IMG/VR virus record: IMGVR_UViG_3300048861_000253
Location: 1 to 44,201 of that record
Length of the DNA: 44,201 bases
Origin: a virus
Lineage: Duplodnaviria > Caudoviricetes
Direction: 5' to 3' (one strand)
The notes below the pieces were generated by a model that was not told the DNA's origin, did not search any database, and saw only the letters and a list, made by a program, of their open reading frames with translations. This document shows, in pieces, positions 7,280 to 15,824 of this stretch; position 1 is the first letter of the stretch; each line of letters starts with the position of its first letter. The translations under genes and the position numbers were made by a program.

Positions 7280-8071
7280 CTATTTGTCCAACCCATCCTT
7301 TATTACGGGCGCCATTCCGGTCGCTATGGTCGCGGTCCACATGTTGGTGAGGTAACCGTCCGGTGTGCGGCAGTCCGCTCCCATGTGCCCGGCCGTTACA
7401 GTGTCCGTGCCCACGCCATTGGCGTCGACAACGACCGAGGTGGGAAGCCCGCCCACTGCGTATCCAGCGGCGTCGAACGCGGCGGAGGAGGCTGCTTCGA
7501 CTACGCCGTCCGCCGCGCTCTTTCCAAACGGCTGATCACAGGTGCGGATCGGCACAATCACGAACACGAGCTTCCCGGCTACGTGAGCACGCTGAATAAA
7601 CGTGAATAGATCCTGCTTGAACTGAGCGATGGCAGCGACTTGTGCGGCATCGTCCTTGTTCGTCACCATATCGTCGAGTTCGAAATTGACGACGATGAAA
7701 CCACTTGGGTCCGTCTTGAACTGATCCTGTGTCGGCGGCAGTCCATTGTTTTCGCCCATTATCAAGGCGTGCAGCGTGGTGCCGTTCATGACTTGCGGAG
7801 TCACATCGGCCGTGACGCCCTGTGCGGCGAGTGCCTGTGTGAGCGTTTGAGCGGTCTGACTCGCGGCATCCGATGCTGGGGCATCCGATGCCGCATGAAT
7901 TACTGCTGTCTTAACAGTGGCCTGGGCGGACTTTGCTTGCGGCAGGGGGTTGCCGTAGTACGAGATCGTTGCCACTTTTGCTGCTGATGCCGGCGCGCCG
8001 TCTCCGCCGCCACCGCCGCACGCTACAAGGACCGCCGAGATCGAAAGCGCAGCGAAAACAGTGTTTTTCAT
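7280..8071 (-). CDS. Lipoprotein with degenerate SGNH/GDSL-like motifs
   Basis: Signal peptide and lipobox LVAC-GGGG; YYGNP, VVNFELDD, DCRTPD at SGNH block positions. Confidence 0.8.
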   Translation of the reverse strand: MKNTVFAALSISAVLVACGGGGGDGAPASAAKVATISYYGNPLPQAKSAQATVKTAVIHAASDAPASDAASQTAQTLTQALAAQGVTADVTPQVMNGTTLHALIMGENNGLPPTQDQFKTDPSGFIVVNFELDDMVTNKDDAAQVAAIAQFKQDLFTFIQRAHVAGKLVFVIVPIRTCDQPFGKSAADGVVEAASSAAFDAAGYAVGGLPTSVVVDANGVGTDTVTAGHMGADCRTPDGYLTNMWTATIATGMAPVIKDGLDK

Positions 8072-8196
8072 GATTGTCCACGGTTGCTCGGCTTCTGACG
8101 GGGCGAGCTTACCTTTTGCCTACTGCGCAAACGATAGCATTGTTCTTATCAATATTCGACGTCTGCGGAGGCGGGTCACGCACAGGTAGCCCTTGG

Positions 8197-8457
8197 TCAG
8201 CTAGCCTGCCCGAACAGCTCCGGCATATCGCTCTCTGTGCTGAGTTGAGCGAGCACCGTTGAGGCAATCGCGAGCTGCGCGGGAATGAGGTGCCGGGTTC
8301 GGAGAATCTGGCCGATGCGCTGGCGCCAATAGGAGAGCGGCAGCGCGCGGTTTGATTCTGTGGTGACCATGCGAACGACGGACTGCAAGTGGGCTAGGTC
8401 GCTGTCGACTAGCCGCAGCTCGTAGGCGCTCAGGGGAAGGATGTTTCTGGGTTCCAT
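8197..8457 (-). CDS. Small helical hypothetical protein (86 aa)
   Basis: DLAHL...LSYWRQRI; -10-like GATATT 6 nt before ATG. Confidence 0.7.
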   Translation of the reverse strand: MEPRNILPLSAYELRLVDSDLAHLQSVVRMVTTESNRALPLSYWRQRIGQILRTRHLIPAQLAIASTVLAQLSTESDMPELFGQAS

Positions 8458-8500
8458 GCCTAAAATATCGGCACGGGCATGCCATTCTTAAGCGCCCGCT

Positions 8501-8711
8501 AACAAAAACCTCCCGAAGCGGGTTCGAGGGTGGCAGCCTTGCAATTTACTCCTGAGGTCCCGGGTTCTGTGCCGCCGCCTGCTGCTGAGGTGCAGGGTTC
8601 GCCCGCAGACCGGTTGATCTACTGAAAGATAGGGTGGTGCAACGACGGATCGCGTTGTTCACCAAATCGAAACGATGCCCCTGGACAACAAAAACCCGCC
8701 GAAGCGGGTTC
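8501..8711 (-). repeat. Duplicated 25-bp terminator-like sequence (8501-8525, 8687-8711)
   Basis: AACAAAAACC(TC/CG)CCGAAGCGGGTTC, 23/25 identical; the 8687 copy is a perfect AACCCGC stem plus T-run on minus strand. Confidence 0.8.
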
Positions 8712-8735
8712 TTAGGTTGGCGAGGCGACCAACGG

Positions 8736-9062
8736 TCAGTGCACGAGCTTTGCGATAGTGAATGTGGCACCGATAAGCGCGATCCCGATCGTGGTCGTCC
8801 ACGTGATGAACTTCCAGGTTTGCGCGTTGATTTCTTGATGAAGAGCCGTCCTGACCTGCGCGACATCCTCTTTGGTTGCGAACGAGTCCATGCGCGTCTC
8901 AATGCGCGCGAGGCGGTCACGAGTTTCAAGATTTGCAGCCTCGAGGGCGGATAAGCGCTGTTCCATGCGACCATCATCGCCGCCGCCACCGCCGAAGTCA
9001 ACCTCAGGGGACGGAACGCTCAGTCTTTCAAGACTGGCTTTTATTTGATGGATTGTTGCCAT
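8736..9062 (-). CDS. Coiled-coil protein with C-terminal TM helix (DUF1640-like ATKED motif)
   Basis: GGGGGDDGRMEQRLSALE, FATKEDV, hydrophobic C-terminus. Confidence 0.75.
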   Translation of the reverse strand: MATIHQIKASLERLSVPSPEVDFGGGGGDDGRMEQRLSALEAANLETRDRLARIETRMDSFATKEDVAQVRTALHQEINAQTWKFITWTTTIGIALIGATFTIAKLVH

Positions 9063-9297
9063 TTTTTAACTCCATGACGCCGCGCGTAAGCTCGTTTAGA
9101 GCGTCCACCAACTTTATGAGCACGTCGGCCCTAACGCGGTCCTCGCCAGTGAGGCTGTTCACCTCCGCCTGCTGATCCACGGTCTTCGACAAGTCATCGA
9201 GCAAGCCATCTGCGACAGTTCGAATTCGCTTTACAAACCTCCCGTAGGGCTTGACTAGGGGCGACTTCTCGGAGTGCTTTTCGTTCTCACTCGCCAT
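9028..9297 (-). CDS. Hypothetical helical protein (89 aa)
   Basis: GAGG RBS before ATG 9297; overlaps next gene by 35 nt. Confidence 0.65.
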   Translation of the reverse strand: MASENEKHSEKSPLVKPYGRFVKRIRTVADGLLDDLSKTVDQQAEVNSLTGEDRVRADVLIKLVDALNELTRGVMELKNGNNPSNKSQS

Positions 9298-9425
9298 AAT
9301 TTCGTTTCCTCGGAGAGCGTACCAAGATCTGCACTCGCGTGCTATTACGGTCGGGGCAAGCATCACAGACAGCGCGCGCGTCTTCGCTGCTACAGCTTCG
9401 CAGAGCCGTTGCCGGCCCTCGCTTC

Positions 9426-9842
9426 TTACCCGCGATAAACGATAGCGTCGTTCAGAGCATTGACAATGCGTCTGACGAGACCTTTATCTGGTGAAGAAAA
9501 GGCCGTGACCTCGCCAGATGACGTCATGAGGCTGATTGCGTACTTCGGTTTTCCGCGTGCCAGCAGAATCGCTCCAGGAATCAGAGCTATCGCCGCCAGC
9601 GGCACGAAGCTTAATCCGCAGAATAGGAGGACGGTGCCCATTGCGATGAGGATCGCGCCAGCCGCCCATGAACGATCCTTCTCAATGTGCTTCACCGATG
9701 TGATGCCGCTCATTGCAAAGGTGTTGCCAGGCACAAGCAATCGCGCGTTGGTTACCTTGATTGCGCCTTCGTCGCGAAAAACTCGCTCGGCGACGATTTC
9801 GTGTGGCCGGTTGCCCAGGGTCGGTTCTTGAAGATTGCTCAC
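9426..9842 (-). CDS. DUF6232-like 2-TM membrane protein co-transcribed with cI
   Basis: VTNAR...TFAMSGITSV, two TM helices, SSGE...IVNALNDAI; GTG overlaps cI stop. Confidence 0.8.
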   Translation of the reverse strand: MSNLQEPTLGNRPHEIVAERVFRDEGAIKVTNARLLVPGNTFAMSGITSVKHIEKDRSWAAGAILIAMGTVLLFCGLSFVPLAAIALIPGAILLARGKPKYAISLMTSSGEVTAFSSPDKGLVRRIVNALNDAIVYRG

Positions 9843-10555
9843 ATTGCCCCGCTTACGCCCACAACCCTGGCGATGATCTGCACATGCACGGCTTCGTCGG
9901 GTGTGATGTCCACGTCCGGATACCGTATCTTGTCCTGGTTGTCGGATCGAATGCTCAAGCCTCCGCCGGGGCGCTTGAACAGTCGTTTGACGTACACCTC
10001 ATTCTGGTAGGCGAGCACGTACACCTTTCCGTCCACCAGCTCGGTCGCCTTGTAATTGACGACCAGAGAATCCCCATCGATCACGCGCGGCTCCATGCTG
10101 GAGCCTTCAGCGACGATGGTTGCGGCGTGGTCCGCGTCCAAGCCAAGACGCATGAGCCACGCCTTGCGGAACGCTTGACGTTGACCCTTCTCGTCGATGT
10201 TCCACACGATCCGACCATTGCCGGCGGATGCCTTTACTTCGAGCCTCGGAATCAAAACGTACTCTTCGCCAAGTTCTTGATCGTTATCCCACTCAAGTAT
10301 GGGACGGATGTTCACGGATGGTCTCCCATCCGTCAGAACATTCTGATCTGAAGCGGGCGCTTCATCAAGCCACCCTACAGCGAGGCCTAATTTCTCTTCC
10401 AGCTTCCTTGCTTTTTTCTCGCCGAAGGATTTGTTCTTGAGAAGGGCGGAGATCTCTCCCTGATTCTCGCCCGTCTGGCGGACGAACTCGGCCTGTGAGC
10501 CATAACGCTCGATCAGTTGCGCGAGGCGCGCGCGGCGGTTTTCGATGACGGTCAT
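9839..10555 (-). CDS. cI: CI-like repressor (HTH plus S24 autopeptidase)
   Basis: N-terminal HTH; ASAGNG cleavage site, GSSMEP (Ser), VKRL (Lys); divergent from cro. Confidence 0.92.
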   Translation of the reverse strand: MTVIENRRARLAQLIERYGSQAEFVRQTGENQGEISALLKNKSFGEKKARKLEEKLGLAVGWLDEAPASDQNVLTDGRPSVNIRPILEWDNDQELGEEYVLIPRLEVKASAGNGRIVWNIDEKGQRQAFRKAWLMRLGLDADHAATIVAEGSSMEPRVIDGDSLVVNYKATELVDGKVYVLAYQNEVYVKRLFKRPGGGLSIRSDNQDKIRYPDVDITPDEAVHVQIIARVVGVSGAM

Positions 10556-10561
10556 GCCCGA

Positions 10562-10631
10562 ATTATCGGCGGTCATTACTATGTGGTAAATCTCCGAATG
10601 GTATTGACTTTCCATTACCATATAGTAATAT
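10562..10631. promoter_or_regulatory. OR region: PRM, PR and operators
   Basis: PR TTGACT (10604)-16-TAATAT (10626); PRM TTTACC-17-GATAAT on minus strand; ATTAC-CATATA-GTAAT at 10614-10629, variant at 10575-10590. Confidence 0.85.
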
Positions 10632-10637
10632 GGAGGC

Positions 10638-10886
10638 ATGGACAAGTTACGCACATACCTCAATTCGATGACTCCCGAGAAGCAGGAGGAGTTTGCCCGC
10701 GCTTGCGGAACATCCTTGGGCTACCTGCGCAAGGCGATCAGTGCTGACCAGCAATTCGACGTTCAGCTGTGCATCAACATCGAAGAGCAAAGCCGCGGTG
10801 CGGTTCGATGCGAAGACCTTCGCCCAAAGGTTCGTTGGTCCTTCCTGCGAAACACTGGCAAGTTCCAAACAGCGGAGGCCGCGTAA
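10638..10886 (+). CDS. cro: Cro-like (YdaS-type) HTH regulator
   Basis: FARACGTSLGYLRK HTH; IE..S.GAV.CEDLRP.V.W. Confidence 0.88.
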   Translation: MDKLRTYLNSMTPEKQEEFARACGTSLGYLRKAISADQQFDVQLCINIEEQSRGAVRCEDLRPKVRWSFLRNTGKFQTAEAA

Positions 10887-11074
10887 TGGTTATCAAGCGT
10901 TTTTATGCTCGCGTTGTTTTGTTCTTCATCCGTCCGGCAGTTCAGCAGGTCGTTCGTGATGAGCTGAGACAAGGAGGTCTCCATTGGAAGGCGACGAACG
11001 CTGAGTTCAACGAGGTCCGCCGTCAGTTCTACCGAAACGCGCTCGCATCTGGGTTGCACCGATCCGACGCTTGA
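10886..11074 (+). CDS. Hypothetical protein (62 aa)
   Basis: TAATG overlap with cro stop; GGAGG RBS. Confidence 0.55.
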   Translation: MVIKRFYARVVLFFIRPAVQQVVRDELRQGGLHWKATNAEFNEVRRQFYRNALASGLHRSDA

Positions 11075-11282
11075 TCAATTCGGCTTGATCTTCGAACGCT
11101 TCAATAGTTGCATCGCTGCACCGCTCATTTAGTAACGTGATTTTTGCTAGTTCGAGTTCGCTGTCGAGGATGCGCTCCAGGAACGCAGTTGTATCCGGCG
11201 GCAAGGCCTCGATAAGCGACAGTAGTAGGGCGGCTTGAGCGATGAGTAAGCCATGAAGCTTTTCGGGAGACGTCTTTTCCAT
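11007..11282 (-). CDS. Antisense hypothetical protein (91 aa)
   Basis: GAGG RBS before ATG 11282; amphipathic helical sequence. Confidence 0.6.
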   Translation of the reverse strand: MEKTSPEKLHGLLIAQAALLLSLIEALPPDTTAFLERILDSELELAKITLLNERCSDATIEAFEDQAELIKRRIGATQMRARFGRTDGGPR

Positions 11283-11370
11283 GAGGGTCCTCGTAGAACC
11301 GGTTGTGTGAGAGCTTCCGATTCTACTGGCGAACGCCGGGACCCTCGCCCCAACAGCAGCGGAGTGATTT

Positions 11371-11541
11371 GTGCAGACGGCGCTTACGGCGGCGGTACAG
11401 AAGGAAATTCGGGCGATGGCGATCGACATGCTGCGCGATGGTCACAGCGTGGATCGTGTTCGAGAGGCGATGAAAAATGCGGTCCTGCTGTTCCGCGAAC
11501 TGCAAGCGGACTCAGCAGCACCAGCCAAAGTAACGAAGTAA
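11371..11541 (+). CDS. 56-aa hypothetical protein MQTALTAAVQKEIRAMAIDMLRDG...
   Basis: Hand translation; GGAG RBS, GTG start. Confidence 0.5.
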   Translation: MQTALTAAVQKEIRAMAIDMLRDGHSVDRVREAMKNAVLLFRELQADSAAPAKVTK

Positions 11542-11730
11542 GCGGCGCCGAGTCTGCGGCCGGTTTGAGTGGATCGCTCACCCGTATGAGATTCGCAGTA
11601 CTAACGGCGCAATGGTCTCTCGCGCTTGTTGTCATTTTTGCTTTACCCCGTCAAACGTGTCGTTTTTGTTGTTGATCGAAGTATCACCGACAACGGGTCA
11701 AGTAAAAACCACCGAAATAGGGTAACCACT

Positions 11731-12198
11731 GTGGATATTCGTACCGCGCAACGCGCAATGATCAAAGCCACGACGGGCGGCGCTCCGGTTGTTGCTGCGT
11801 ATCTCGGCATGAGCGAATCGAGCCTCGACAACCGCATCTATCAGCGCAAGGGTCAAGAGTTGTCGACGAAGGATTCGTTGCTGATGCAGGATCTTTCGGG
11901 CACGACGCACTTCGCCGAAGCGGTAGCCCACGTGAGCGGCGGCGTCTTTGTTCGCATTCCCGATGCCGCGGAACAGTCGGACAACTCCGAGATTCTCGAG
12001 CGGTTCTTGGCTTTGACGGCGCACTACGGAGCGCTGGCAAAGCGCCATCAGGAAGCGACGTCAGATGGCGAAGTCGACGGGCGCGAAATGGCGGATCTGG
12101 AGCGCATCTCTCAAGACATTCACCGCGTCGTCGAGGAAATCAACGCTCTTACGCGCCGAATCTATTGCCGCGCCGACGCGTCGAAGGCGGCGAAATGA
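11731..12198 (+). CDS. CII-like / YmfL-family regulatory protein
   Basis: GG...AAYLGMSE..L.NR.Y..KGQ, HFAEAVA..SGGVFV, DGEVD..E. Confidence 0.8.
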   Translation: MDIRTAQRAMIKATTGGAPVVAAYLGMSESSLDNRIYQRKGQELSTKDSLLMQDLSGTTHFAEAVAHVSGGVFVRIPDAAEQSDNSEILERFLALTAHYGALAKRHQEATSDGEVDGREMADLERISQDIHRVVEEINALTRRIYCRADASKAAK

Positions 12199-12377
12199 GC
12201 GCCATTCCCGGTTTCATCCCCACGCCGTATCCCGAGTGGCTCACGGGCTGTTTCTACGACGGCCCGCAGGCAACCGACGCAGATCGCGAGCGCGTCGCAC
12301 GCAAGATCTGCATCGGCTGTGGTGCGAAGCAAGCAACCGACGGCTCGCTGCCGTGCGGTCACGACCACGACCTGTGA
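12195..12377 (+). CDS. Small Cys-containing phage protein
   Basis: CIGCGA...GSLPCGH; ATGA overlap. Confidence 0.7.
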   Translation: MSAIPGFIPTPYPEWLTGCFYDGPQATDADRERVARKICIGCGAKQATDGSLPCGHDHDL

Positions 12378-12385
12378 GGTCATCC

Positions 12386-13084
12386 ATGAACGAGATGTCT
12401 TTCCCCGGCGCGCCGACGATGTCCAGTCGCGAGATTGCTGATCTGGTCGACTCGCGCCACGACAAGGTCAAGTTGTCGATCGAGCGCCTGGCCGCGCGCG
12501 GCGTGATCGCTCTTCCCCCGTTGGGGGAATACCTCGACAGCCTTGGCCGCCGCGCTGCGGAGTATCGGGTCGGCAAGCGCGACAGCTACGTCATCGTCGC
12601 GCAGCTCTCACCGGAATTCACGGCGCGCCTAGTCGACCGCTGGCAGGCGCTCGAAGAACAGGCATCGAAACCTCAACTACCTGATTTCACGAACCCGGCC
12701 ATTGCCGCGCGTGCGTGGGCCGACGAAGTCGAGAAGAGCATCGCGCTCCAGCAGCAGGTTGCCGCCGCTGCGCCGAAGGTTGCCGCGTTCGAGCGCCTGA
12801 CGGCTGCGGAAGGCGCGATGTGCATCACCGATGCGGCCAAGAACCTGCAGGAGCAACCGAAGCGCGTCTTCGACTGGATGCAGTCGAACGGCTGGATCTA
12901 CCGGCGCCCGGGCAACGCCACGTGGACCGCCTACCAGGACAAGCTCCAGCGCGGCGTGCTCGAACACAAGATCACCACCGTCCACCGTAACGACGGTTCC
13001 GAGAAGGTCACCACGCAGGTTCTCGTGACCGCCAAGGGCCTCACCGAGATCGCGCAGAAGATGCGCGACGCGGATCTGCACTGA
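12386..13084 (+). CDS. Rha-domain / KilAC (ANT) antirepressor-like protein
   Basis: TMSSREIA.LV..RH..V...IERL; LPDF..PA.AARAWA; C-terminal ITDAAK.L...VTAKGL. Confidence 0.88.
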   Translation: MNEMSFPGAPTMSSREIADLVDSRHDKVKLSIERLAARGVIALPPLGEYLDSLGRRAAEYRVGKRDSYVIVAQLSPEFTARLVDRWQALEEQASKPQLPDFTNPAIAARAWADEVEKSIALQQQVAAAAPKVAAFERLTAAEGAMCITDAAKNLQEQPKRVFDWMQSNGWIYRRPGNATWTAYQDKLQRGVLEHKITTVHRNDGSEKVTTQVLVTAKGLTEIAQKMRDADLH

Positions 13085-13091
13085 GACGGCC

Positions 13092-14264
13092 ATGGCACTC
13101 GCTGACGTCATTCACATGCCTGAGCAGCGCGCCGTCCAGGTTGAGGACGGGTTCACGCGCATTGCTCACGGCATCCTCGAAGCGCTCGCGCTCGCGGACC
13201 TCGGCAAGCGCCACTACAAGGTTCTGATGGTCTTGTTGCGCCAGACGTACGGCTACAACAAGAAGGCCGACGAGATCAGTCTGACACAGTTTCACGGCAA
13301 GACGGGCGTGCTCCCGCAGCACGTTTCGCAAGCAATTGCTGATCTGGTCGAGATGCGCGTCGTCCTGAGGACACCGGGCAAGCATGCTGCCTGCCTGTCC
13401 ATCAACAAGTCGTTCGGACAGTGGTCTGGCAAGGCAAAGGTAGACGTCGATGCGCTTTGGGGTTCCCAAAACAGGAATAGCAGCATTCCTGAAACGGGAG
13501 ATGAGGGTTCCCAAAACGGGAATGGATCTATTCCCGAAACAGGCAATACAAAAGACAACTCCAAAAGAAAAGACCAAAAGACAACTCCAAAAGAAAACCT
13601 TTCGCGCTCGCTTCGCGAACGCTTTGAGATTTTCTGGGCGAGCTATCCCCGCAAGAAATCGAAGACGACAGCCGAGAAGGCTTTCGCCAAACGCAACCCG
13701 GACGAGCAGCTCTTCAACGACCTGATGGCAGGCCTTGAGCGTGCCAAGACTTCGGCGCAATGGCAAAACCCGCAGTTCATCCCGCACGCCAGCACTTGGC
13801 TGAACGCTGGCGGATGGATGGACGAGATCCAGTCCGCATACACCGACGACGAACTTGCCGTGATCCGAGCCTTCAACAAGGCGCTCGGGGAGCGTATCGG
13901 CGCGGTGGACGAAGCGGCATTCGTGGAATCGCGCGCTGGTGCAATTCGGGCGTTCATGAGCCACCTGAAGGGCGACATGGAAGCGTGTTCGCGGTACTTC
14001 CCGGCCGTGCGCGAGAAGGTCGAACTGCCGCCGCACGCGGGCTTCGATTATCTGATCAGCCCCAAGGGCTATGGCGACACGACCGGGCGGATGCGTGTGA
14101 AGCGCAACCCGGACGGCACTGTCGCGCACGGCGATTGGGACAAGTCCGCGAGCGGAATCAAGGCCAAGGCGAAGGAAATTGGCATCGCATTCGACGACGA
14201 GGAGCCAGTCCCGGCGATCGCCGCGCGCGTGCGGGCCGCAATTGAGAAACAGGAGCAGCAGTGA
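13092..14264 (+). CDS. Replication initiator (lambda O-like N-terminus)
   Basis: EDGFTRIA...L.RQTYGYNKK.D.IS..QF; FE.FW..YPRK; FIPHASTWLN; internal iterons. Confidence 0.88.
   Translation: MALADVIHMPEQRAVQVEDGFTRIAHGILEALALADLGKRHYKVLMVLLRQTYGYNKKADEISLTQFHGKTGVLPQHVSQAIADLVEMRVVLRTPGKHAACLSINKSFGQWSGKAKVDVDALWGSQNRNSSIPETGDEGSQNGNGSIPETGNTKDNSKRKDQKTTPKENLSRSLRERFEIFWASYPRKKSKTTAEKAFAKRNPDEQLFNDLMAGLERAKTSAQWQNPQFIPHASTWLNAGGWMDEIQSAYTDDELAVIRAFNKALGERIGAVDEAAFVESRAGAIRAFMSHLKGDMEACSRYFPAVREKVELPPHAGFDYLISPKGYGDTTGRMRVKRNPDGTVAHGDWDKSASGIKAKAKEIGIAFDDEEPVPAIAARVRAAIEKQEQQ
13463..13600. repeat. Replication origin: four iterons plus A-rich tract
   Basis: TTCCYRAAACRGG at 13463, 13486, 13508, 13531, then AAAAGACAACTCCAAAAGAAAA twice. 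Confidence 0.85.
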
Positions 14265-14875
14265 GCAAGAGATCAATCAATCTGCCGATCACCAAGCGTG
14301 AAGACGGCGTCGAGATGGTCGGGACATCGACGGTCAACAAAGGCGGTTGGGCGGCCCAGCTTATGGAGCGCGTCACCGGCAATGCGCCAGCCTCCGAGCC
14401 CGATGATTTCGATGCCATCACGCTGCACGAGCCGGCGCCGCTTCGTAGGGTTCTGTTCACGGTTGCTGGAACTCCGGTTCCGAAGGGTCGGCCGCGCGCT
14501 GCTTCGACGCCCGTCGGCATCCGCATGCACACGCCGAAGAAGACCGCGACCTACGAGCGGAAGGCGCGAGGCTCCGCGATCGTTGCGATGAATGGCTCGA
14601 AGCCTTTTGCGCGGCCAGTCAGCCTCGATGTCGAGATCATTGTCCCGATCCCGGCGAGCTGGTCGAAGAAGCGCCAGACGCTCGCGCGGATCGGTGTCAT
14701 TGGCGCGACAAAGAAGCCAGACGCAGACAACGTTCTGAAGGCCATCAAGGACGCGATGAACGGCGTGGTGTATGCGGATGACGCGCAAGTCGTCGCAATC
14801 ACCTTGAGCAAGGCATATGGCGAGCATCCGCGCGTCGAGGTGGCCGTTTCTGAGATCGACAAGGAGTCGGCGTAA
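14261..14875 (+). CDS. rusA: RusA-family Holliday junction resolvase
   Basis: PVPKGRPR; KPDADNVLKAIKDAMNG.VY.DD.QV. Confidence 0.9.
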   Translation: MSKRSINLPITKREDGVEMVGTSTVNKGGWAAQLMERVTGNAPASEPDDFDAITLHEPAPLRRVLFTVAGTPVPKGRPRAASTPVGIRMHTPKKTATYERKARGSAIVAMNGSKPFARPVSLDVEIIVPIPASWSKKRQTLARIGVIGATKKPDADNVLKAIKDAMNGVVYADDAQVVAITLSKAYGEHPRVEVAVSEIDKESA

Positions 14876-15429
14876 TGGGCGGCAAGCGATGGTCGAAAGA
14901 GGAGGAAGCCATTCTCCGCGAGATTTGGAATGAGCCGGGCCTGCTGAAGGTCCAGATCGAGCGATTGCCCGGACGAACGCCAGAGACGGCGCTGATGCAT
15001 GCCGGCGCGATGAAACTCGGCATGAAGTGCCCTCCGGTATCGGCTGTTCTCGAGAAGACGAAGGCTCTGTTGGCGGGTGGCGAGATTCGCACCATCAAGG
15101 AGATTGCGCGCCTGATTGGCGCGAGCGTTTGCCAGACCCGCAAGGTCGTCATGCGCGCTGTGCAGAACAAGGAACTCGCCATTTCTAGATTCGAAGCGTC
15201 GTCCAGCAATGGGAATCACGAAGCGTACTTCCGCCTGGGCAGGGGCATGAATGCAAAGCGGCCGGCGCCTATGACGCTCCCCGAGCGCTCGCGCAAGTTC
15301 CGCAAGACGGTCGATCCCATCGAATACGCGTTCAAGAAGCGCCAATACAACCTCAACCAGCGCATCCGTCTCGGCAAGCTTCCTCAGGACGAGCTAGCGA
15401 ATGCGCTTTTCGGAAGGTCATCTGCATGA
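14875..15429 (+). CDS. Hypothetical phage protein, possible DNA-binding
   Basis: WSKEEEAIL...LPGRT start and HTH-like TIKEIARLIG; coupled to neighbours. Confidence 0.7.
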   Translation: MGGKRWSKEEEAILREIWNEPGLLKVQIERLPGRTPETALMHAGAMKLGMKCPPVSAVLEKTKALLAGGEIRTIKEIARLIGASVCQTRKVVMRAVQNKELAISRFEASSSNGNHEAYFRLGRGMNAKRPAPMTLPERSRKFRKTVDPIEYAFKKRQYNLNQRIRLGKLPQDELANALFGRSSA

Positions 15430-15824
15430 AGCTCTATATCGCGGGTCCGATGAGCGGGTATCTCGAACTGAACTTTCCGGCTTTCCACGCCGAGGCCGCG
15501 CGGCTGCGAGCGCTGGGCTTCGAGGTCGTCAGCCCGGCAGAGGTCGACGTCGGCCCGAATCCGACATGGCTGTCCTGCATGCGCGCTGACATCAAGGTGC
15601 TCGTCGATTGCGACGGCATCGCGCTGTTATCCGGGTGGGAGCAATCGAAGGGCGCGAAGGTCGAGCACGCCATAGCCCGCGGGCTCGGCCTTCGCATCTT
15701 CCAGGCGAAACACATCATCGGCCTGGCTGGCGGCGAAATCCCTGTGATCTCGCAGGAAGCCGTCGTCGAGATTCTCGACACGATCGAAAGCCGTGCGACC
15801 GAACAGATCGAGGCCGCGCAATGA
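15426..15824 (+). CDS. DUF4406-domain protein
   Basis: YIAGPMSG...NFPAF...CD.I.LL.GWE.S.GA..E. Confidence 0.88.
   Translation: MKLYIAGPMSGYLELNFPAFHAEAARLRALGFEVVSPAEVDVGPNPTWLSCMRADIKVLVDCDGIALLSGWEQSKGAKVEHAIARGLGLRIFQAKHIIGLAGGEIPVISQEAVVEILDTIESRATEQIEAAQ

Noticed and set aside
9839-10663. 274-aa version of cI
   Set aside because: Extension runs through operators and into cro; promoter layout supports ATG 10555
13463-13600. Regularly spaced repeats as a mini-CRISPR
   Set aside because: Spacers under 10 bp, inside the initiator gene, no cas genes; these are iterons
13041-14276. 411-aa antisense ORF
   Set aside because: Shadow of the replication gene in GC-rich DNA; no motifs
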